DNA of 63,891 nucleotides, counting the filler, from Reticulomyxa filosa (lineage: Eukaryota; Protista; Foraminifera), in the NCBI GenBank assembly GCA_000512085.1. It is 24 parts of 24 records of this genome, joined end to end, with 100 filler letters (N's around TTAATTAATTAA, not from the genome) between each part and the next. Parts side by side here need not be neighbours in the genome. Positions count along the whole stretch, not along the records: positions 34,454 to 38,410 come from ASPP01016190.1; positions 38,511 to 41,961 come from ASPP01010481.1; positions 42,062 to 43,534 come from ASPP01012378.1; positions 43,635 to 44,934 come from ASPP01019466.1; positions 45,035 to 46,184 come from ASPP01043227.1; positions 46,285 to 48,967 come from ASPP01022633.1; positions 49,068 to 50,126 come from ASPP01017890.1; 17 more parts are not named here. One strand, 5' to 3'. The position numbers and the translations under genes were made by a program. The notes under the pieces were generated by a model. The model was not told where the DNA came from and searched no databases. It was given only the letters and a program-made list of their open reading frames with translations. Numbering within the stretch: position 1 is the first letter of the stretch; every line of letters starts with the position of its first letter. Positions 38,234 to 50,226 of this stretch are shown in pieces.

Positions 38234-38410
38234 ATGACATTGCAAAAGAGTGTCTGGCCAGCATTATTACTGTTGGCGACGTGGTTGGGTATTGCAGCAG
38301 CGGCATTTAGTCGAAACCCCAACCTGAGCCAACACACATGTTCTGTGTTTGAAAAACCAACACACAAAAAAAAAAAAAAAAAAAACAAGAACATATCTAA
38401 AGCAGTGTCG
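38234..38410 (+). CDS. 5' fragment of a putative secreted protein
   Basis: MTLQKSVWPALLLLATWLGIAAAA looks like a signal peptide. A likely intron follows, then the contig end. Confidence 0.3.
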
Positions 38411-38619
38411 NNNNNNNNNNNNNNNNNNNNNNNNNNNNNNNNNNNNNNNNNNNNTTAATTAATTAANNNNNNNNNNNNNNNNNNNNNNNNNNNNNNNNNN
38501 NNNNNNNNNNTATTATATATATATATATATATATATTATTTTTTTTTTTGAATTAAAACAAATAGATAAATAAATAACTACTGTATTCATTTGCTTATTT
38601 TTAAAAAAAAAAAAAAAAG

Positions 38620-41600
38620 GTGACTCAAGAGACTCCAGAAGGCCAGAAATTGGCTCGAAATACAACGACGGAAGATTTCAAAAAATTGCGCGAAAAAATG
38701 TGGCACATTTTTGAATCCCTGTGGGAAGACTCGAAACACACAGATGTTCGCAGGGCACTGCTGAGAAACTCGGTCGAGTTCATCCAATTCTTTGGCACCG
38801 ATTCGGACGTGTTGCCTCGGCTTTTGACTTTCTTTAATGAAAATGATTGGCAATTGCGAGTCGCGTTTTTAAACGTCGTCGTGGGCATTGCCGTGTTAAT
38901 CGGTAAACGAGAGTTGCAAGATTACATTTTAACGTGTTTGGAAGAATGTCTAAATGATGCCCGACCTGCTGTGGTGGAAAGGTAAACAAAATTGTATTTA
39001 TTATATATTTATATATGCATATACATATATATATATGTATATAAAATACAACTTTTTTTTTTTTTTTTGAATACTCCATTGTCTGTTCTATCAGATGTTT
39101 AGAGGCATTCACGTCATTGACAGAGATGAAGTCCTTCCACAACCAAGTGTTGTTGAGCGTGACATTGAAAATCGCTCCGATATTGGTTCACTACAGTCCG
39201 TGGGTAAGAAATGCATGTGTGAACTTTATGTTGACAGTGGCCAAATTGTTGGGAGAAGTGCGTGCGCATTGCCAGCTATGCCCCAGGGTAGAGCCGTTCT
39301 TGAATTTCAACATTGTATTTTTTAACCGAGAAAACCTGACTGCCGCATTAAAGGCTCCATTGACTCAGTTTAGTATTTGTATATTATGTATAAACATATA
39401 TATATATATATATATGCATATGCATGCATTTTAATCTTGCATGAGGAGGGGCAATGGTGACACATACATGACATGCACGTTAGACAAAACTTCAACTTGT
39501 TGCTTGACAATTGGCGAGACCCAGATTTTAACAAGATTGTAGCACGTGAGTGCCAGCAGTTATTTGAGGACCAAATATTGTTCGACGCGGTAATGCCTTA
39601 CATAAAATCGGTGAAATTGAGTACGCGGCAGCCGTGTCCCGATGACCGACTAAGCGACTCAAAGATGGACAAAGACAGCGAAATGGACTTTGAGAAGATT
39701 GGTGGTGGTAAGATCAAGGCGCCTCGCGTGTATTACGTGCGTGTTGAGCCGACAGCCCCAAATGCATTGGTCTATCCCTCCGTGCAAGGTCACACCTATG
39801 TGAACAGCAATGAGATAGACGAGTCGGAAAAGAACTGGCAAGAGTTACAAGAGTCGATTAAGACCGTGGCTTCCAATGGACTGATCAAAAACATGCCGAT
39901 TCGTGGAGATCGTCAATCTACATTATCCGACCTGAAAATCCGAGAGGCATTGGACTTGCCAACGGTCCCACCCTTGCCGATGGACGCATTGGTGCAGTCG
40001 CAGATATCAACGTGTTCGTTTTATAAGAATCATCAGCCTCCTTACATGTCGCATTCCGTCTCGTGGAGACCCCGCGGTCGAGTGGTGGCGCAGCTGACGG
40101 AGCACAAAGACTCGGTCAATGTGATGCGAGTCAGTCGCGACAATACGTTTGTGGCCACGGCCAGTAGCGACAAAACGGTCAAGATTTGGAGCTGCTCCAA
40201 AATTCGCAACAATGCCAATGTCAAGTGCGAGCAAACGTACACACATCAAAAAGGCGAAATCATTTCAATGACGTTGCTGGACAGCTCGCATACCATTGCT
40301 TGCGGCTCTCGCGAAGGGACGATTCATTTGTTTCGGGTCGAACATACTCGATCCGAACATAGCGGTGAAATCTTTGGCGCGTTGCAAGACAAGTTCAAGC
40401 TGGACCCGGAAGAAGGTGCTGTCGTGTGTATGGAGCACTTCAACACGACGACCGAGTCGATGCTCGTATTTGGCACGCACGCAGGCAATATCCACGGCTG
40501 GGACATTCGCAAGAAGGCCAGCGCGTGGACTCTCGAAATGGAGCCTGCCATGGGTCCGATCACCGCCATGTGCGTTGGGCCCTCCATTTGGAGTTGCGTC
40601 GTTGGAACAGCCCGAGGCTTCATTGTCGTCTGGGACTTGCGCTTCGAATTCCCTGTCCAAATGTGGCATCATTATGATCACTCACCGATTGTATCTTTGA
40701 CGATTTTGGACTCGCCTACAGTCATGCGTTATGTTTATATATATATATATGTATATATATGTATACATATATGCATATATACATATACCATATAATCTAT
40801 CTTGTAGCAATGAAACCCAATGTAACGGCCAACTATGGTCCATCTCGTCGAACTGGTGCCCCGCATCGGTCAGGTCCACTGCTATTTGTCTCAACGGAAC
40901 GCACAAATGAATTGTGTGCTTTTGATTTGATTAGTGGACAATGTGTAATTCGTTTCCGAATGAGCAAAGACGGGTCGACATTGGACACTCCGAACCTCTC
41001 CAGTGTCAACGAAAACATAGTGAAGACGGGGACTTTGAGAACGGACACGCTCGACAGTAACAACACTCCGAGGACCAGTGACAAAGCAGCGAAAGAGTCG
41101 CTCGAAAATGATATCGCCAATAGCATCGACAACTTGGACAGAACTGTCCTTTCCTCCAAAACCTCCACCGGCAATATTCAGTCGGGCTCCACCTCCGCCT
41201 TGGGCTTCAAAATCCCCCATCTGCCCATCGTCTACCCTCCCCACTTGCAAACCGCGCCGGCCATTCATCACTTTAGCAGAATCTGCACCGAACCTTCGAT
41301 CATCTCCCCGAACCGCTTTTTGTACAACTGCGGCTACGTGCCGACGATATTGAACTCGCAAATCCATACTGGCAGTATCACCAAAGAATTGGAGTCACTC
41401 TGTGCTGACTTTGGCCGAGAAAAAGGCGGAGTCACTGGAGTCCTCATTAGCAAAGACAATTTTGTAGTTACCGCCGGAAGGGATCGTGTTGTTCGATATT
41501 GGAATCTGGTGTCTCCACAAAAGTCCTTCCGCATTTCGTCTACTGAGACCTCACATCAGACTTATCGATATCAAGCGTATCGTGACGAAAAATACGATGA

Positions 41601-41933
41601 AATTGTCTTTGACGAATTGATCGACGCACGTTTCGTTTGTTTGTTTTTTTTTTAAAAAAAAAATGCAAGTCTCTATTAAAATTTAACAAATAATCAAAAA
41701 AAAAAAAAAAACAAACATGTTTTTGGTTTTATTTTGTTTGCATAGCCAACGTTGGATCGTCCTTAGACTACGAACACGAAAGCGAAAAAGGTACCCAACG
41801 ATGGAAGTCAATGAGAGATGGCACGCTGAAAGCACAACACCAAGATGTCATCACTGACTTGAAAGCTGTGGAATTTCCCCAAATCATGTTGTTGACTGCT
41901 GGCAGAAACGGTGTTGTAAAAGTGTGGATTTGA
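38620..41933 (+). CDS. VPS15: Phosphoinositide 3-kinase regulatory subunit 4 / Vps15 (HEAT + WD40 part, 5'-partial)
   Basis: LLTFFNENDWQLRVAFLNVVVGIA...LNDA (HEAT). WRPRGRVVAQLTEHKDSVNVMRVS..ATASSDKTVKIW. VVGTARGFIVVWDLRF. C-terminal HQDVITDL...LLTAGRNGVVKVWI*. Confidence 0.92.
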
Positions 41934-42107
41934 ACACTCTTAACATATTTTAAGTTCCTCCNNNNNNNNNNNNNNNNNNNNNNNNNNNNNNNNNNNNNNN
42001 NNNNNTTAATTAATTAANNNNNNNNNNNNNNNNNNNNNNNNNNNNNNNNNNNNNNNNNNNNCCCCCCCTCTCCCTCCCGTTTTTTATTAATTGCCAACCA
42101 AAAATAG

Positions 42108-43430
42108 AAACAATTCAGCAATTGAAAATGAAGGAAATGAGAGTGACGTCAGTGTAAATTATACAATCGAAAAGCTATTGCCAATGGTGGAAGCGTTTGA
42201 GATGATAATTGAATATGACGGGGATGGGGAGGCGGAATTCGATGTGAATAAGAGCAAGGATAAGCCATTGGGCAACAAGACGGAGCACAAACGAGACCAA
42301 CTCAAACCAAGCAAGACAATGGAAGCGTCCACACCTTCGCCTCTCCCGAGTGATGACGAAAGTGACGCGACTGGAAGCAGCAACAAAGTCGAACGTAAAA
42401 CACCTACGCCGGTACCAATCACAATACAACCGTCCACATCCGCCTCCACACCAACAGAAACAAAGGCCAAAAAAAAAATCCCAGCCACGCCAAAAGATGA
42501 CTATACTGCCGAGCCGATCCAAGGCAAGCTGTTCGATGATGTCAAAGATCCTGTCAAGCCGAAAGAGGTTAAAAAGAAAGAGGATAAGCCCAAGGGTGGA
42601 TTGAAAGAGCCTACAAATACACCATCCATTGCTACTTCCGTGTCCAATCCAAGTCCTAAATTTCCCAAAGGTTTTATTATATATTTATTTATATATATAT
42701 ATATGTATGTATACATATATGTATATGCATATTATACATGTATATATGTGTATAATGTCCTATTCGACCTGGTTCAATGCCTATTTTTTTTTTTATCCTT
42801 CTAACGTTTTTTTTTTTTTTTTTTTTTTTTGAATGACTACTCAAATGTGACTGTGTGGATTCTGCTGGACACAGATGTGTCGAAAAGTGCGAATACAAGC
42901 CCTCGAAAGAGCAATATTGAGACCAAAAAAAAAACGTCACAACAACTGGGGGCAAGTCCATCTCGAGCGTCTGCCTCGGCAGCGGCGTTGGATACTGGCG
43001 CGGCGCTGCAGTCGAGACGAGCAAAGACATCGTTTGGAGTGACCCAAAAAAAGAGTGCTATTGACAATAACAACAGCAACAATACTAACGATAACAACAA
43101 CAACAACAACAACAACAACGACGATAAAAAAAAAAATCGCCATCGTGATCGAAACACCAAAAAAGGTAAAAAAATCATTGAGGGCGACAAAGTGCTCGTG
43201 CAAAACAAATATGCGGCAATCATTCGATACATTGGAAGAGATGAGGCCAAAAAAGATGCTATTTACGGTGTGGAGCTGCTCGACAAAGACGCAGTGGGGG
43301 AACACAATGGAACCGTTGATGGCAAGACATATTTTTCATGTCCAGATAAAAAGGGTTTGCTCGTTACCAAAAAAGATTTCAAGCCTCTTCGAGATGTCCC
43401 TGTTCATAACCAGCAAAAATATAATGTTTG
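42108..43430 (+). CDS. CAP-Gly domain protein with a long low-complexity linker (partial)
   Basis: GDKVLV...AIIRYIG...YGVELL...GEHNGTVDGKTYFSCPDKKGLLV, preceded by a P/T/K/S-rich region and poly-N encoded by (AAC)n. Confidence 0.85.
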
Positions 43431-46379
43431 TGACCAAACAATCGACTCTTTTTTTTTTTTTTTTTTGGAATCTAATTTGAGCCGATTGATAGGTAGGGGT
43501 TTTGTTTTTTTTTGTTTTGTTTGTTTTTGTTTTTNNNNNNNNNNNNNNNNNNNNNNNNNNNNNNNNNNNNNNNNNNNNTTAATTAATTAANNNNNNNNNN
43601 NNNNNNNNNNNNNNNNNNNNNNNNNNNNNNNNNNTTAATTTCGCTTTTATATAATCATGCAAATTGTGTAAAAAAATGATTAAGTATTTTATAAATTATA
43701 CACTATCAATATAAATATTTCTCTAAATAGTACTAAAAGAAAAAATATTTGTATTATATTATCTGAATCCTGAGTTTTTTATTGATAGTAAAATCTATTA
43801 ATAGAAAAGTGTTTTTAGGGATCTGTGTACAACTTGTTATGACGACTTATAATTTTGACAATTAAAATTGTCAAATTATTTATTTACCAAATATTTTGCA
43901 TGAAACAAAGTCAAATAATATACATTATGACATTGCAATAGATTAATATTTCAAATTAAATCAAGTTTATGTTTATATCAAACTGATTATTAAAAAACAA
44001 TTATATCTACATAAATAAACTATTTGTTGTATGATTTTCAAACTGCATAGCATAAAACTATTTTTTTTATGATACTTTAAGGGACAAAGTGCATGTTGAA
44101 AAACTCTTGAATACCAAAAAGCAAGACACAATAAAGAAAAGCTAAGTATAATGGATAAAAGGTAGTTTGTACTCTTACTGGGAGATTGTGATGTAACGGT
44201 CCATACACTGTGACTGCTTTCATTTATGTAGCTACACTATTTGACAGAATTGTGATATTTTCAATGATTATGTATAATGTATTCATAAGTATCATCACAT
44301 CTGGTTCACTTATTTGTGGTAGAGCTTTATGGATCATTCCTTTTTTTTAAAGAAATAATTTTTTTATGTATCCTCTTTTTTTTTATGTATAGTTAAATGT
44401 TAATTTTTTGCTGCACTCATAAAGACACCTGCTATTCCTAATACATTTATCAACTCATTACCATAACAAGTAGCTGTGTTTTCTGCTTTTCTGACGCTTA
44501 AAAGAAAAGGATGTTCCATACAATGATCATTAAACTTGTTTGTAGACTTAGAGATAACGCAAACAAACTTTGCTTCTTGTGTTGTCACAATAGGTAGAGA
44601 GTGCTTCTTATATATATATTTTTCGTGAAATTGCAACCAAATTTGTAACTGTTTTTTTATTGCATTTACTATTTTTAGAAAAAGCTACTTAATTGCAATA
44701 CAGGTAGAAAATTCGATGAAACATTATAAAAATGTTGATATTGGGTATCATTTGGATATTTCTTGTTTTCACAAAATACTAGCTATGACAACAAAATATT
44801 ATTGACATGCACGATTGTACGAAATAAAGGAATGTTGTTGAACTATTTCAATAGAAAAGGTGAAATGTAGTGGAGGCATGCAGAATAACAATCATGATGA
44901 TACAAATGAAAAGGATCGAAAATACAATAGATTGNNNNNNNNNNNNNNNNNNNNNNNNNNNNNNNNNNNNNNNNNNNNTTAATTAATTAANNNNNNNNNN
45001 NNNNNNNNNNNNNNNNNNNNNNNNNNNNNNNNNNTTCCAAACATGTTTTCTTCTACAAAAAAGAAATATACTAACTTTATAGTATTAGCAAGCATAACAA
45101 ATTTCTCTGCCTTGCTTATGAAACGAAAACTTTTCTTTTGTCGTGGGGTCCTCGCAAAAAATCAACCCGTTTTGATAATTACTTTTAAATATCAGTTAAC
45201 ATTTAAAAATAATTCATTCAATAGCATCATTATTATTTAACTCGTATTGCTAATAAAAGCGATTTTTAAACTGAATCAAACCAAGTGTTTTACATAGCAA
45301 CTTGAAACCTTTAGTAATTTGAACAGTGCAGAGACTGTTTCATTGACAACAATCGAGCAAAATCAAAATTTTATTTATAATTAGATTTGCGAGTCGTATT
45401 TGTATCTTGAAGTGCCAACGATATGTTATTGTGCTGTTGCTCTCCAAGTAATCAGAAAATGTCGTTTTGCAAGTGGTAGCAAGAAAACTATTCTTATTAT
45501 CGTTTCTTAAAACAACTTTTTAAAAAACAATGGAACAAATTGCATTAAAGTGCTTTCTTATGTTTACGTTGAATAAAATCAAATAATGAATTTATTCTCT
45601 CTTTTTAAAAGAGAATAAGGACTGGGAAAGATGCTCGGTATAAAAAATGATAATGTCAATAACTCCTGCTCAACACCTAGCTTGCTCGCTACAACATGGT
45701 ACATCTAGCAAGAGTAACTCATTCTTTTTATATGACCTGAACTTGAAGGAACGATTGGACCAGAATATCCTTTACGAATTTGGTGAAAAGAAAATAAGGT
45801 ACGACATGTCGTTGCGGCATGTCGAATAGTCAGAAAAGATAGTATTGTGATGACAGCGCAGCACCAGAAGCAAAGCTGTCCAAATGGGCTATTAAAAAAA
45901 AAATTATGTGAAATTAAAAGAACGGAAATCATATGTGCAAATCAATATCAAATAAACAGGTTAGGACTACTATTTGTTGTTGTTTAAAACATCTCTAAAT
46001 TTTGATATGTGACACTTATGCTAGATGACAGTGACGAGAAGCTCTAGTATAATCCAACAAAAAAGTGCCAAGTGAAAAAAAAGAGATGGTCATATGCTCA
46101 CTAACAAAGTAACCATTTTTTTACTTCAAAAGCATCATGGTTTCGTAGTAATTGTGTTATTTGATTGTTGAACCTTTTTTTTTTNNNNNNNNNNNNNNNN
46201 NNNNNNNNNNNNNNNNNNNNNNNNNNNNTTAATTAATTAANNNNNNNNNNNNNNNNNNNNNNNNNNNNNNNNNNNNNNNNNNNNCAAAGCCACAGTGGCG
46301 AAATCGGTATCTTACTTTCATTCCACTTTTTTTTTTTTTTTATTTTTTTTTTTTTTTAACTTATGTATCGTTGTTTAGA

Positions 46380-46816
46380 TGTGCCATCGGGTCAGAGAAT
46401 AAATATATCATACATACACATACCTCTCTCCCCCTCCCCCCCCCCCCCTTTTTTTTTTGTAACGTATACATAAAATGTATAACGTACATGCATGTGTATG
46501 TATGTATGTGTGTTGGGGAAATATAGTGTTTCGTCCGTCAATGCATCGAAAGCACAGCCCAATCCCGAGCTCAACACAACTGGGCGTACCGACGTTCAAG
46601 GTGTTGAACAGCGACCCCACCAAAGTGTTGCGAATTAAAAAACAAGGAAAACACTCGGAAAATTCTCGCTCTCAATCTCGTGAAAACTCGGCCAATGACT
46701 ATCCGTCCCAAGAACACGATCCTGAACCTCCAGTCAAGCGTGATGATGATGATGATATCGCAGACATCGATTATCAAGGCCGAATTACTATTTCCGTCAA
46801 TGAAGGATTGGACTGA
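46380..46816 (+). CDS. 3' exon(s) of an unidentified protein
   Basis: The exon after ATATAG reads VFRPSMHRKH...NEGLD*. It is GC-richer than the flanking introns. No domain recognised. Confidence 0.35.
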
Positions 46817-47680
46817 ACTGTAATTTTTTTTTTTTTTTTTTTCCCCCTCTCTCTCAACATATTCACTGTTTTTGGTCATTTGTTTATACGTCATATTATC
46901 TAGTTTTGGATGCAATTTGTTTTTAGGCTTGGGATAATATTTTTGTGTTTCAAATGCTAATACAAAAATAATAATAATAACTATAAAGTGGGGGACATTT
47001 TTTTTTTTTTTTGGATCAAACAAAATTCAAAAGCTGACAATTGAGAGAGAGAAATTGTATTTGAGAAATGTTTGTACTGTAACATAAATGAAATTATATT
47101 TGTTAAATTGTTGTCATTACATTTTTCATTATTATTCACATTTACATAATATGTAATACGAGCGGTTATATCACACGAAAACAGATAAAAAAAACTGTCA
47201 CACATTTACGGCTTTTTTTATAATCGTAATTCGGTTCATGTCATGTCACACCGACGTGAATCAGTGGCCCATACCGTGGAACTTGTTTAAGATACATTAA
47301 ATCTCCTTTTTTAATCACCAACAAAAATATGATCAAATTCTATACTCGACTTAGTAAAGTTTATGATAGTTGTCATTTTGGACAATTTACATTAGATCAA
47401 GGGTTTTTCACTAGACAATCCAGAGCCGTTTTTAAATTCAGTCCGAAGAAAGTTTTACAAATGTTGAAAACATTAAAATTATTCATGAAAAAAAACAATC
47501 ATGTTTTAAAAATACATATCTCATAAACTAAGAGAAATACAGGTTGCCTCTAAAGTACGGTCATTAAAATGAAAAATTTGTTGTGTGGGTAAAAGTTCAT
47601 AAGCATCATCATTCATCAACGAAAAGTCTTTATATTGAATAAAAAACCACTAAAACCAGCAAAAGAACAGCAAGAAGAGG

Positions 47681-48967
47681 ATGGGAACGTCTCCGAGCGG
47701 AGATTTAAGCTGCGATAATTGTGGTAATGCGTTGGGTGAGCCAAAGCCTCGACAATGTCCTCGTTGTCATCTGCATTTACAAACAGCGCCAACAAAGAGG
47801 CATTGGTTTGGAAATCAGCCCAAGTAAGATGTGTCCTTTTTAAAGAGCGCATTGACATCTCTTAACTGACAAACAAACAAACAAACAAACAAATGCATCA
47901 CATTGTTTTTTGTTTTTTTTTTTTAAATCCCTTTTTATCCCTCTCTTCCCCTCGTTGCACACGAAAATGGTTCATTCAGTAGCAACCCAAGTGAAGACCA
48001 TACCCAGTTGAATAAACACAACCAAAGAAACAAAAGCTTTGCTTTTGTTTCTTTGTTTGTCTTTTTTAAAAAAGTTATTTGATAAAAATAAAAGACAAAA
48101 CAAAAAAAAGATTGCCCTATTTGAAACATGTATGGATCGGAACTTTTGAAGACTCACTGGTGCATTGCGACGAGAAGGAGACAACATGTGACTACTTAAT
48201 CAATAGCTATTTGAAGCCTTACTTTGCCAATCACCCCACTGAAATTGTTCACAGCGGTGTGCATTTGGTTATCAACAATGTCCATTTCAAGGCTTACAGT
48301 TGCTATCCACCCAAAGGTAGCTAACTTTTTTTTTTTTTTTTTTAGTAGACAAGGAAGGGGAGAGGGGGGGGTGTTTATTAACTTTAAAAAAAAAAAATGC
48401 GCGAAACCGCGTGCATCAGTTTCAAGTAGATAACAAAACAAAACAAAAAAAAAAAACAACACAACATTGATTAAAAACATGAATCAAATAATTCATGTTT
48501 CTAAAATCATATACAATATACAATATACAATATACATATATATATGTATATTGTATATGTATATATATGTTATATACAAATGTGAAAATAATTTCCAAAA
48601 AAAAAAAAATGTGAAGGGAAAGTGAACAGTGAGACGAGGTACCATTTGGACGACGAAAATGCAAGTAGTGAGACGGTGCTGAAGTTGCACGACCATTGGA
48701 TCGAGCGCATTCACGTGTTGCCGACGGCCGAGTCGTGCAAGAAGTTGAAGAAGACGAGAAGTGACCCGCAGCAGCAGACGCAGGAGCGGAGGAGAGAAGA
48801 AGACCAGTCTGTGGAGTTTAATAGCGAAGAGGTATTCAATAACAATATCAAGCCGTTTCTAAGTGGAGTGGACTCGTTCCGAATTTATGGAGGGATGTCC
48901 ATGCCATCATCGAATTATGGTAGTGATCACAAGCATGATAAAACAACAACAACAACAACAACAACAA
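47681..48967 (+). CDS. Zn-ribbon protein with tandem CDC48/p97 N-subdomain (CDC48_2)-like repeats, 3'-partial
   Basis: Exon 1 reads MGTSPS...CDNCG...CPRC. Repeat 1: LPYLKHVWIGTFEDS...LINSYLKPYF...IVHSG...VHFKAYSCYP. Repeat 2: ERIHVLPTAES...VFNNNIKPFL. Compare p97 KRIHVLPIDDT...LFEVYLKPYF. Confidence 0.62.
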
Positions 48968-49067
48968 NNNNNNNNNNNNNNNNNNNNNNNNNNNNNNNNN
49001 NNNNNNNNNNNTTAATTAATTAANNNNNNNNNNNNNNNNNNNNNNNNNNNNNNNNNNNNNNNNNNNN

Positions 49068-49111
<44 letters not shown>

Positions 49112-49159
49112 GTACATATATATATTAATGCATATGTAATGACAAGTCACAAATGAACA

Positions 49160-50078
49160 AAACATCTTCGAATAAAGGCTTGCATAAAACATTTCCAATT
49201 TTTTTCTTCATAATTCCGTTAATGCCATATTCTTGTGGAATGACAAACGAAGCGAGCCAATCGCAGAGTCTCCACAGGACTCCAAATCCAATCCTTCCAA
49301 GCAATGCCTGTTGTGTAGCAAGTCATAGCGACAGCTGTCAAAGACATCCGGAATTTTGCTGCAGTCGAAGATATCCTTTTTCTCGTTGTACAGCTCTTCG
49401 ATGATCTTGTCCCAGCGCTGTTTCATCACCTCTCGACTTTCGTCCAGATACGGTTGAATATCGGACCGACTCAAGTTTTCCTCTAATTTCTTTTGCAGTT
49501 TCAATATCATGCGATACATGTCACGGCACTTGGAGGTCGGGCTTCCAATTACCGTCAACGCACGTTGTGACCATGGTAATAGTTTATCTGTTTTGTGAAA
49601 AGGGGAGGGGGAGGGGGGGAGAAAAAAAAAGTTCAGAATATGCACGTCATAGAGTATATGTATGTATGTACATATGTATATACATAATATATATATATAT
49701 ATATGTGTTTATATATAAAACAAAACCAAACTAAACCAGATAAATCGAATCCATAAAAAGATGTCTTGTGTGGCCTGTCGTTATCGGAGGAGGAGGTTTT
49801 GTGTTCCTCTTCGACTGAAGTGGTGGAGGTGTCGGAGTCAGGTTTCATGGAGGTTTCATCGCAACTGGAGCTGTCGGGGACCATGCAATATCGCAAAGGC
49901 AAGCTCGTCGACGAGGACAAGGAGGACTGACTGCTGGACTTCAAGATATTGTCCTTGTGTTTCTTTGTTTTCCGTTGGCTCTGCAAGTAGTTGATATCCA
50001 TTTTCTCCTCGCGATACTTGGCATCGTAGAATAAGCGTTGAATTTCATCTTTCGATTGGTCAATCCAATCTTTTACAC
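49160..50078 (-). CDS. PPIP5K/Vip1 inositol pyrophosphate kinase-phosphatase, internal fragment of the phosphatase domain
   Basis: MKQRWDKIIEELYNEKKDIFDCSKIPDVFDSCRYDLLHN and, after a 1-nt correction at about 49278, LASFVIPQEYGI...IG..LCKPL. These are PPIP5K/VIH signatures. Confidence 0.88.
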
Positions 50079-50088
50079 TATTAAAAAA

Positions 50089-50126
<38 letters not shown>

Positions 50127-50226
50127 NNNNNNNNNNNNNNNNNNNNNNNNNNNNNNNNNNNNNNNNNNNNTTAATTAATTAANNNNNNNNNNNNNNNNNN
50201 NNNNNNNNNNNNNNNNNNNNNNNNNN

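Noticed and set aside
39659-41534. Many antisense and alternate-frame ORFs over VPS15, and similar ones over the TPR, CAP-Gly and CCDC137-like genes
   Set aside because: Shadow ORFs of GC-richer coding exons.
44700-44934. Cys-containing fragments suggestive of a RING/TRAF zinc-finger remnant
   Set aside because: Too degenerate and short to support.
49068-50126. Long (TA)n tracts, also at 38511, 39400, 40740 and 42690
   Set aside because: Ordinary intronic microsatellites; the tracts at contig ends explain those breaks.
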